Positions 10,079-17,716 of a stretch of 64,000 bases of DNA are shown in pieces. Numbering within the stretch: the first letter of the stretch is position 1; each line of letters starts with the position of its first letter. The DNA is from an uncultured delta proteobacterium (lineage in GTDB: Bacteria > Myxococcota > Kuafuiibacteriia > Kuafuiibacteriales > Kuafuiibacteriaceae). Location: the NCBI GenBank assembly GCA_963803435.1, contig CAWDML010000009.1:1312001-1376000 (forward strand), in the 5' to 3' direction. Made by a program: the position numbers and the translations under genes. The notes under the pieces were generated by a model. The model saw only the letters and a program-made list of their open reading frames with translations, ran no database searches and had not been told where the DNA came from.

Positions 10079-11660
10079 GTTGGGGAGCTCGATCGATCGG
10101 TCGATGGTGCTGATGGTCGTGGTGCTGGCGCTGCTCGGGCTCTACAACCTGGCGTCGGCGGGCCGGCCCATGGGCGCCGAGCTCCACGTCAAGCAGGGCA
10201 TGATGGTGCTGATCGGCCTGGTGCTGATCTTCGCGATCGCCTCGGTGCACTACCGCAACCTGGAGGGGCTCGCGATCCCGATCTTCGTGGCCACCATCGT
10301 GCTGCTGCTCGCCACCTCGCTCTTCGGCAAGGTGGTCAACGGCTCCCGCCGCTGGCTGGTCTTCGGACCGGTCAACATGCAGACCTCCGACCTCGCCAAG
10401 ATCGCGGTCATCATCATCATGGCGCGCGTCCTTCACATGGAGCGCTGGGAGGGCGGTGGGCTGACGCTGCGGGAGATCTTCCGCCCGCTGAACGTGTCGC
10501 GGCCGCTCGCGGTGCTGCTGATGGTGGTGCTGTTGTCGTTGCTCGGGGACGCGCTGATGGCCCCGAAGATCGAGGTCGCCTACGGCAACCGATGGCGCGT
10601 GGTCGCGAAGATGAAGGCGTCGCACCCGAGGCTCGAGGTGGGCAAGATCGAGGGCGAAGGCCGCTACCGCATGCTCCAGAGCGGCGTTGAGCGCCGGCAC
10701 GCCGTCTTCGAGCGGATGGAGGACGGGAACTACCTCCTCGAGGACCTGGGGACCGAGGCCGGCACCTTCGTCAACGGAGAGAAGGTGATCGGCGAGGTGC
10801 GGCTGCACCACGACGACATCGTGCGCTTCGGCCTCAACCAGCGGGCGCAGCTGCGGTTCTCCTGGGCGCCGGAGCGGATCCAGCGGTTTCTCCCCTGGAT
10901 CGCGATCGTGAGCGCCCTGTGGCTCGCGGTGGCGTTCTTTCGCCAGTACCGGAAGGGCTCCTGGGAGACGCGCGACATCGTGGCACCCATCGACATGGTG
11001 GCGATCCCGGCGGTGCTGATCCTGATGCAACCCGATCTCGGCACGACGCTGGTGGTGGTCGCGATCGCGTTCACGATGATGCTCTACGTGGGGCTTCGGC
11101 CGATGTCGCTGCTGCTGCTGGTCAGCGGCAGCGCGCTGATGAGCGTGCTCGCGTGGTTCTTCGTGCTCAAGCAGTACCAGAAGGACCGGGTCTTGACGTT
11201 CCTCAATCCCACCAGCGATCTGGCGGGCGCCGGCTATCACCAACACCAGAGCTTGATCGCGATCGGCAGCGGCGAGCTCTTCGGCAAGGGGCACGGCCAG
11301 GGGACCCAGACCCAGCTGTCCTTCCTTCCGGAGCAGCAGACCGACTTCATCTTCTCGGTCTGGGCCGAGGAGCAGGGCTTCATCGGCTGCGCGCTGGTGG
11401 TGCTCCTGTTCGCGGCGCTCACGCTGATCGCGCTGCGGGTGGCGGCGCACGCCCGCGACCGGTTCGGCGCCCTCCTCGCGATCGGCGTGGCGGCGCTCAT
11501 CTTCTTCCACAGCTCCGTGAACATGTTGATGGTGCTCCGACTGGCTCCGGTCGTCGGTGTGCCGCTCCCGCTGTGGAGCAACGGAGGTTCGTTCGTCCTC
11601 ACGATGATGATAGGCATCGGCATTCTATTGAATGTATCGATGCGGAAGAGCTTCTTCTAG
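10068..11660 (+). CDS. rodA: SEDS peptidoglycan polymerase RodA with an inserted TM-FHA-like-TM module
   Basis: GSRRW, QPDLGT, QSLIAIGSG, LPEQQTDFIFS (catalytic Asp), GVPLP; extra segment at about 10490-10975. Confidence 0.92.
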   Translation: MARRLGSSIDRSMVLMVVVLALLGLYNLASAGRPMGAELHVKQGMMVLIGLVLIFAIASVHYRNLEGLAIPIFVATIVLLLATSLFGKVVNGSRRWLVFGPVNMQTSDLAKIAVIIIMARVLHMERWEGGGLTLREIFRPLNVSRPLAVLLMVVLLSLLGDALMAPKIEVAYGNRWRVVAKMKASHPRLEVGKIEGEGRYRMLQSGVERRHAVFERMEDGNYLLEDLGTEAGTFVNGEKVIGEVRLHHDDIVRFGLNQRAQLRFSWAPERIQRFLPWIAIVSALWLAVAFFRQYRKGSWETRDIVAPIDMVAIPAVLILMQPDLGTTLVVVAIAFTMMLYVGLRPMSLLLLVSGSALMSVLAWFFVLKQYQKDRVLTFLNPTSDLAGAGYHQHQSLIAIGSGELFGKGHGQGTQTQLSFLPEQQTDFIFSVWAEEQGFIGCALVVLLFAALTLIALRVAAHARDRFGALLAIGVAALIFFHSSVNMLMVLRLAPVVGVPLPLWSNGGSFVLTMMIGIGILLNVSMRKSFF

Positions 11661-11757
11661 GTCGTGGGTGTTCCGGGCGGGCCAGCTGAAAAGGTGTGCC
11701 CAACGAGCCAGTTGAAGTACACCGTCCGCTCCGGACCCACGCTGGCGAGCTTCGCGG

Positions 11758-13845
11758 GTGGCCAATCGGGAGGGCCCCAGCGATAATTCGACGACCCGCT
11801 TGGAGAAGAACGCACCGATCAAGAGCTTGCCCTTCCGGTACGGGAAGTACGAGCTCGTCGCTCGCCTCGGCTCGGGCGGGATGGCCGAGATCTTCCTGGC
11901 GCGGCAAGCGGGCGCAGGTGGGTTCGTGAAGCCGACCGTCATCAAGCGCATCCTTCCCCAGCTCGCCGAGGACGAACGGGTCGAGGCGGCTTTCATCGCC
12001 GAAGCCCGCCTGATGGCCGAGGTCCGCCATCACAATGTCGTCCACGTCTATGAGCTCGATCGCCTGCCGAGCGGCGAGTTCTTCATGGCCATGGAGTACG
12101 TCGAGGGCACCGACCTACGCGCGCTGCTGAAGTCGGCGACCCGCGCAGGTCTGCGCCTGCCACCGTGGATGGCGGTCAAGATCACGTGCGACATCCTCGA
12201 CGCCCTCCACATGGTCCACGATCTCAAGGACGACCGCGGCCGCTCCCGTAACGTGGTCCATCGAGACGTGACCCCTTCAAACATCTTCATCTCGGCCCAG
12301 GGCGACGTGAAGCTGGGCGACTTCGGTGTCGCCAAGGACGACCAGCGCCGCACGCTCACCCGGCGCGGTGAGGTCAAGGGAAAGGTGGCGTACATGGCGC
12401 CGGAGCAGCTGGCCCGCGGCACCGTGGATCGCCGAGCCGATCTGTTCTCGATGGGGGTGGTGCTCTGGGAGTGCCTCTCGCAGCGGCGACTGTTCGGCGG
12501 CGGCGAGCTCCCGGATCTGGTGGTCATGAACATGATCTGCACCGGTCCGCGGATCGCGCCCTCCCGTTTCCGGCGCGACGTGCACGTGACACTCGACGCT
12601 TGCGTGCTGCGCGCGCTCAACGCCGATCCTGAGGCGCGTCATCAGACGGCCGAAGGCTTCCAGACCGAGCTGCTCGAGATCCTCGATACCATCCACGGCC
12701 CCGTGCACTCACCTGAGATCTGCGAGACCGCCGAGATGATCCTCGGTCGCAAGCCACCCTCGGAACGCCTGTTCCTCGCCACGGTTACTCCCGAGGGCAG
12801 CGAAAGTGACAAGTGGGACGGCTCTTGGGATCAACGACCGACCGAGGTCGGCTCCGACCTCCGGCTCAATCCACCGCCCTCGATCTTCGCGGCCGAGACC
12901 AGTTACCGGGGACCGTTCCCCTTCTGGATACGCGAGGGCGAGACCATCAAGGGACCGATCCACTACTTCGACAGCCTCAAGCTGCTCGCCAAGGGAAACG
13001 ATGCCGGAGATCGGGTCCTGATCTCCGCCGATCGGCTCGACTGGTTCGACGCCTCCGACTTCGCCGATCTGACCGGTCAGGAGGCGATTCGGCCGCCCGA
13101 GGACGAGCGGACCGCGGTCATTCACGGCGCGCTCAAGGACTGCAGTCTGATCGCCATGCTCGCCCTGCTCGGCCTCGAGAGGTCGACGGGCATCCTGCGC
13201 GTCTCGGGGACCCCGGAGCGTGCGCTGATCCACGTCAGCGATGGCGTCCTGACGCATATCTCGTCGACCTCGCCGAGGCAGCAGACGGTCGAGCTCCTCG
13301 TGCGCGACGGCCTCATTCAGCCCGCCGACATCCCGGCGCTCGTCCATCGCCTCCTGATCGGTCGCACGCCGCTCGAGGAGTTTGCGGTGAGCGCCGGCTG
13401 GGGAGGGGATAGCCTCTCCTTCTGGCGCAGCGTCATGAAGCGAAGGCTCCTCGCGATCCTGGAGAGCCGCGCGGAGTACGACTTCTTCACCGTCGAACCG
13501 CGCGTGCGCGCGCCGCTCGGCACCGATCTGGTCACGCTGCTCCCCGAGCTGGTCCGCCAGGGGATGTCGGGACACGGCCTGCGACTCCGGCTCGGGAAGG
13601 CCATCGACACGCCGCTCTCTCGCTCGCCCGACTTCGAAGAGATGTTCAATCGCTTCGGACCTGATGAGCTCGACACCGAGATCGTCGAGCACCTCACGCG
13701 TACCCGCACGGTGAATGCCGCGATCCACGGGTACCCGGACGACGAGTCGTCGCTCCTCGCCTGGGCGTATCTGCTCGTCGAATCCGGTGCGCTACTTCTT
13801 GAAGATACCGAGGCTGGGAGCGGATGCGCGGTGATCGCGGAGTGA
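11758..13845 (+). CDS. Ser/Thr protein kinase with a C-terminal DUF4388-like domain
   Basis: GSGGMA, VIK, HRDVTPSN, DFG, YMAPE; C-terminal GAL...SL..ML..L...RSTGILRV pattern. Confidence 0.88.
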   Translation: MANREGPSDNSTTRLEKNAPIKSLPFRYGKYELVARLGSGGMAEIFLARQAGAGGFVKPTVIKRILPQLAEDERVEAAFIAEARLMAEVRHHNVVHVYELDRLPSGEFFMAMEYVEGTDLRALLKSATRAGLRLPPWMAVKITCDILDALHMVHDLKDDRGRSRNVVHRDVTPSNIFISAQGDVKLGDFGVAKDDQRRTLTRRGEVKGKVAYMAPEQLARGTVDRRADLFSMGVVLWECLSQRRLFGGGELPDLVVMNMICTGPRIAPSRFRRDVHVTLDACVLRALNADPEARHQTAEGFQTELLEILDTIHGPVHSPEICETAEMILGRKPPSERLFLATVTPEGSESDKWDGSWDQRPTEVGSDLRLNPPPSIFAAETSYRGPFPFWIREGETIKGPIHYFDSLKLLAKGNDAGDRVLISADRLDWFDASDFADLTGQEAIRPPEDERTAVIHGALKDCSLIAMLALLGLERSTGILRVSGTPERALIHVSDGVLTHISSTSPRQQTVELLVRDGLIQPADIPALVHRLLIGRTPLEEFAVSAGWGGDSLSFWRSVMKRRLLAILESRAEYDFFTVEPRVRAPLGTDLVTLLPELVRQGMSGHGLRLRLGKAIDTPLSRSPDFEEMFNRFGPDELDTEIVEHLTRTRTVNAAIHGYPDDESSLLAWAYLLVESGALLLEDTEAGSGCAVIAE

Positions 13846-16440
13846 CTTCCGCAGATCGACGATCCCGATGATCTCGGTGCGGTGTCCGGGCTCGACGTTG
13901 ATGGCGAGCTGACTGAGCGCCGAAAGCATGATCCGGAACCCGAGGTGCGCACTGGTCGCGTCCTCTGCGAAGCCCTCGCGCTGTGCCCGCGCCGCCGCCT
14001 CGAGGCCCGAGTAGATGTGATCGACCTCGAGCACCCCATGGTCGTCGAGAACGCCGACACAGAGGAGCCGCCCGTCCGCGCCGCATTCGACGGTCACCGG
14101 CAGATCGCTCTGGAATGTGAGCTGAGCCGGCCGATACAGCGCGTTGATCAGCATCTCGTCAACGGCCGAGATCAACAGATCGGTCACGCGCGGATGACAA
14201 TCCACCTCGTCGGCCACGGCGCGGACACCGGCCAGGACGAAGCTCTTCTCGGCGGGCTGGCTCACACTCCATGACTTGATGTCGGCGCCGGCGAGCAGGT
14301 AGCGATGCACGCCGAAGAATTCCTGACGAAGCAGCTTGGTCAGGGTCGCGAACAGCGACTCGGTCGGGTTGGCGCGGCCGCTGATCAGATGTTCGACGTG
14401 GCGGCTCGAGATCATCTCGATGGCACGCTCGCGATCGAGATCTTCGTTGAGCACGATGATGCGGAAGGGCTCGGTGGCCTCGCGCCGCATCTCCAGGAGA
14501 CGCGCGCCGACGTCGCCCTGGAGGGCGCGATCCCCGACGACGATCAGCGAGCAACCCGCCAGAACGTCGTCAGGGATCTTCTGATCGGGATCGACCACGT
14601 GGACCGCGTGCTTGGTCGTCCGCAGCACTCTCTTGGCGACCGCGAGATAATCCGGGTCGTTCGTGATGACCACGGCCTTGCGCTTCTCCCAGCGCCGCGT
14701 GTGAGCGGACTCGTGAAAGTCGCCCGACTTCAAGCAGATCAGGCCCGCGTGATACTCGCTCTCGATCGCCTTCGACCAGGCGACCCTACAGAGCAGCGGG
14801 TTCGGTCGATCGTCGAAGAACACCAGGCCGTGCGAGTTGCGCTTGAGGAGACGCGCGCGATCTCGAAGCGCAAGACCGCTCGAGCTGATGTTCACCGAGG
14901 AGAGTCGGAGCGCGCTCCGAGAATCGAGCTCGGGCAGCGGGATGAACGTCACCGGCAGCTCGAGCGCCATACGCGGTTCGCGGCGATGCTCGGAGCTACC
15001 CGTGTCGAGACCCACCGAAGCCCCCGCGTGCACCGTGCGGTTCTTACCCGCTGCTTTGGCACGCGACAGGGCCTCCTGCGCTTTGCTCACCAGCTGGTGC
15101 GGAGTGTCGGCGTCGATCGTCGGGTGCGACGCGACGCCGCAGCTCACCGAAAGGCTGAACATGCCTTCCTCGGCCTGGATCGGGTTGGTCTTGAGCAGGA
15201 CGCGCGCACGCTCGATCAAGCGCTCCGCACCCACCGCGCCGGTCTCGGGCAGGAGCAGGAGGAACTGATCACCGCCGATCCGGAGAACGTGATCGGCGCT
15301 CCGGATCAGGCCCTTGAGGCCCTCGGCCAGATGGATCAAGGCCATGTCGCCCACGCTCCGCCCGCGGAGCTCGTTGATCTCGGCGAAGTGGTCGACGTCG
15401 ACGATCACGACCGAGAGCTGCAGGCTGTAGCGGCGCGCGCGACTCCACTCGCTCTCCAGGATCTTGTCGAGGAAGCGACGGTTGTGGACGCCGGTCAGCG
15501 GATCGGTGTCCGAAAGCCGGCGCGCGGTCTCGAGCATGCGCGCACGATCGAGGGCCACCGCCACGTGCGACGCGACCGCGAAGAGAGCGTACACCTCTTC
15601 CTTACCCCAGGCCCCGGCGCGCACGGTGATACAACCGACCACGCGCGCGCCCGCGATGAGGGGGCAGACCTCGATCTTGGGGGCGTCCGAAGTGCTCGAA
15701 CGCGGTGGCGAGTCGTTGTTCGGAAGTAAGGTGGGTTGCACATACTCGATGGCGTCGGCCTTGAGCCCGAGCGTGCTTTGGAGCTGGTTGGCGGCGGCGC
15801 AGGAGACATCGGCGATCTCGACCAAGATCTGATGGGCGACGGGTCCGGACTGAAAGATGTACAGCTTCGGTCCGCCGTCTTGCACCGTCAGGACGCCGAG
15901 CACCTCGAAGTCGATCAGATCGCGGAAGCCGCGGCTGAGCTCACGGAGGATGCCGTCGGTCGTCTCCTGGCCGGCCAGCGCGGAGAAGAGGTTCTGGGTG
16001 GCGCGGAAGCGCGCGAAGGCCTCGCTCGGATCGTCGTCGTCGCCGAGCGCTTCGCGGTGCCGTTGCTCGAGACGCGCCTCGAGGTGAAACCGCTGGATGA
16101 CCTCCTGGAGCTTCGACGGCTGAGCGCGGCTCACCACTGCGTCGCAGGCGCCGACCATCCATAGGCGCTGCGCAAAGCGAGCGCGCGGCGTGCTCTCCTC
16201 GTGGACCAGCACCACCTTGGAGTAGGGAGAACCGGTCCGCAGCTCCTCGAGGCGTTTCCTTGCGTCGGCGCCCATGGTCTCGAGCGCGACCACCGAGACG
16301 TGGTGGGCACCCGCGCGAAGGCTCGCGTTGAGGTCATCGAGCTGGGTGTAACAGGTCGTTGTGATGCGGCTATCCGAAAGGAAGCCGACCAACCGCTTCC
16401 TGGGATCCGGATCGTAGAGGCCGACCGCGAGCGAGTCCAA
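13792..16440 (-). CDS. Multidomain c-di-GMP protein: REC-like / GAF-like / GGDEF (GGDQF) / PilZ / REC-like / HATPase-like
   Basis: DPLTGVHNRR, DVDHF..IN, RSAD-x5-GGDQF, AKAAGKNR; RREPR and NISSSG (PilZ); DEMLINALY (N-box-like). Confidence 0.82.
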   Translation of the reverse strand: MDSLAVGLYDPDPRKRLVGFLSDSRITTTCYTQLDDLNASLRAGAHHVSVVALETMGADARKRLEELRTGSPYSKVVLVHEESTPRARFAQRLWMVGACDAVVSRAQPSKLQEVIQRFHLEARLEQRHREALGDDDDPSEAFARFRATQNLFSALAGQETTDGILRELSRGFRDLIDFEVLGVLTVQDGGPKLYIFQSGPVAHQILVEIADVSCAAANQLQSTLGLKADAIEYVQPTLLPNNDSPPRSSTSDAPKIEVCPLIAGARVVGCITVRAGAWGKEEVYALFAVASHVAVALDRARMLETARRLSDTDPLTGVHNRRFLDKILESEWSRARRYSLQLSVVIVDVDHFAEINELRGRSVGDMALIHLAEGLKGLIRSADHVLRIGGDQFLLLLPETGAVGAERLIERARVLLKTNPIQAEEGMFSLSVSCGVASHPTIDADTPHQLVSKAQEALSRAKAAGKNRTVHAGASVGLDTGSSEHRREPRMALELPVTFIPLPELDSRSALRLSSVNISSSGLALRDRARLLKRNSHGLVFFDDRPNPLLCRVAWSKAIESEYHAGLICLKSGDFHESAHTRRWEKRKAVVITNDPDYLAVAKRVLRTTKHAVHVVDPDQKIPDDVLAGCSLIVVGDRALQGDVGARLLEMRREATEPFRIIVLNEDLDRERAIEMISSRHVEHLISGRANPTESLFATLTKLLRQEFFGVHRYLLAGADIKSWSVSQPAEKSFVLAGVRAVADEVDCHPRVTDLLISAVDEMLINALYRPAQLTFQSDLPVTVECGADGRLLCVGVLDDHGVLEVDHIYSGLEAAARAQREGFAEDATSAHLGFRIMLSALSQLAINVEPGHRTEIIGIVDLRKSLRDHRASAPSLGIFKK

Positions 16441-16890
16441 TCAGACCTCGAAAACCTGGAAGTATTGATCCAGCTCGTCGAAGTACATTTGCTCGCTGCA
16501 GCTCGAGCAGCGCTTCTCGGTGAGACTGCTCCCGAGCTCGGAGCGGCGCACGACCACGTTCTCGGCGCGGCTGCAACTCGGACAGAAGAAGGGCGCCATA
16601 CACGACTCCACACGGCCCGCTCCAAAGAAGCGCCGGACACAGATCGCTTGCATCACGATCGGATAGGACACGGCCTCGATGGTGAACTCATGGACCGTGG
16701 AGAGTTTGTTCATCGCCTCGACCCAGTTGCGCACGCCGACCGAGTTGATCCGCTCCACGCCACGGAGATCGAGCTCGACCTGCGGGGTGAGGCCGGAAAA
16801 CACCGGTCCCAGATCGACCGTGTCGTCGATGGCGCCCAACAGTGCGATCCGGAGAACGCCATCTCTTTCCGCGCGGTTCACCCTGAGCAT
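16441..16890 (-). CDS. STAS-like (anti-sigma-factor antagonist) protein with C-terminal zinc ribbon
   Basis: L.GAID, LDLRGVERINSVG; CPSC and CSSC pairs. Confidence 0.75.
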   Translation of the reverse strand: MLRVNRAERDGVLRIALLGAIDDTVDLGPVFSGLTPQVELDLRGVERINSVGVRNWVEAMNKLSTVHEFTIEAVSYPIVMQAICVRRFFGAGRVESCMAPFFCPSCSRAENVVVRRSELGSSLTEKRCSSCSEQMYFDELDQYFQVFEV

Positions 16891-17034
16891 GGATCGCATC
16901 CTACGCAGAGGCGGAGACAATCGGCAGGGGGGTTCGTGTGCGTGCTGCAGCACCCTCGCGCCTCCGGGAAACTCCGCGCTGCGTGTCCTCGAGCGGGCGG
17001 GCTAGGAGCGTGTAGCGCGTAGCGCTACCGCGAG

Positions 17035-17070
17035 CCCGGTCCGGGTCCCGGTCCCGGTCCCGGTCCCGAT
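17035..17070 (+). repeat. Hexamer tandem array (GGTCCC/GGTCCG)n, left arm
   Basis: cccggtccgggtcccggtcccggtcccggtcccgat. Confidence 0.9.
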
Positions 17071-17075
17071 GGCGA

Positions 17076-17443
17076 TCATGCAGCCCGGCGTGTGTTCATC
17101 GACTTGATGAGGCGCGTGAGCCTCTCGACAACGCGCTTGAGCTTGGCTCTGGCGGCTTGGACCTTCTGCTCGTTGGCGAGTCGGCGCCTCGAGCAGGTGT
17201 GGAGTGAGGCGGCGCTTTCGGTGCCAGAGCGAAGTGCCATCCGGTAGAAGAGAGCCTTCTCAGGTGGATTGAACTCTCCGGCGCCCTCGGCGGTGTTGTT
17301 CACGATGGAATCAGATGCCCGCCGAAGCTGCTCGCGGACGTGAGCGTGACCGGGTTGCAGTTCTTGCGCGATCTCTTCAGCGATGTCGGCATACTCGACG
17401 CGAGCTGGTAGACCTCGAGCTTCTCGTGATCGAAAGTGACCAT
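17076..17443 (-). CDS. Four-helix-bundle protein (23S rRNA-IVP / TIGR02436 family), with a frameshift near 17399
   Basis: MVTFDHEKLEVYQLA in one frame, then VEYAD...EQLRRASDSIVNNTAEGAG...FYRMALRSGTESAA in another; typical family motifs. Confidence 0.85.
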
Positions 17444-17489
17444 GCAAGCTAGCTTGCGGTAGCTCGTCCACTTTGACCAGCAGAAGTTC

Positions 17490-17576
17490 TTGGAGGTTGG
17501 CTGGACGCTCGTCTGCCTCACCCACAACCTGCTCAAGCTCTACCGATCGAAGCTCGCGACCGTCGCGAGCGTCTGA
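17490..17576 (+). pseudogene. C-terminal remnant of an IS1182-like transposase
   Basis: Translates LEVGWTLVCLTHNLLKLYRSKLATVASV*, resembling the W.L...HNL.KL terminal motif of IS1182-family DDE transposases. Confidence 0.55.
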
Positions 17577-17596
17577 CTCAAGGCAGCCATCTTCAG

Positions 17597-17686
17597 ATCG
17601 GGACCCGGACCGGGATCGGGACCCGGACCGGGATTGGGACCCGGACCGGGACCGGGACCCGGACCGGGACCGGGACCCGGACCGGG
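17597..17686 (+). repeat. Five tandem 18-bp units (three hexamers each), right arm
   Basis: ATCGGGACCCGGACCGGG x2, ATTGGGACCCGGACCGGG, ACCGGGACCCGGACCGGG x2. Confidence 0.92.
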
Positions 17687-17716
17687 GTCGCGTGAGCGCT
17701 TACGCGCTACACGCTC

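Noticed and set aside
17076-17443. Diversity-generating retroelement, suggested by the Avd-like fold
   Set aside because: No reverse transcriptase and no template/variable repeat pair seen in the window.
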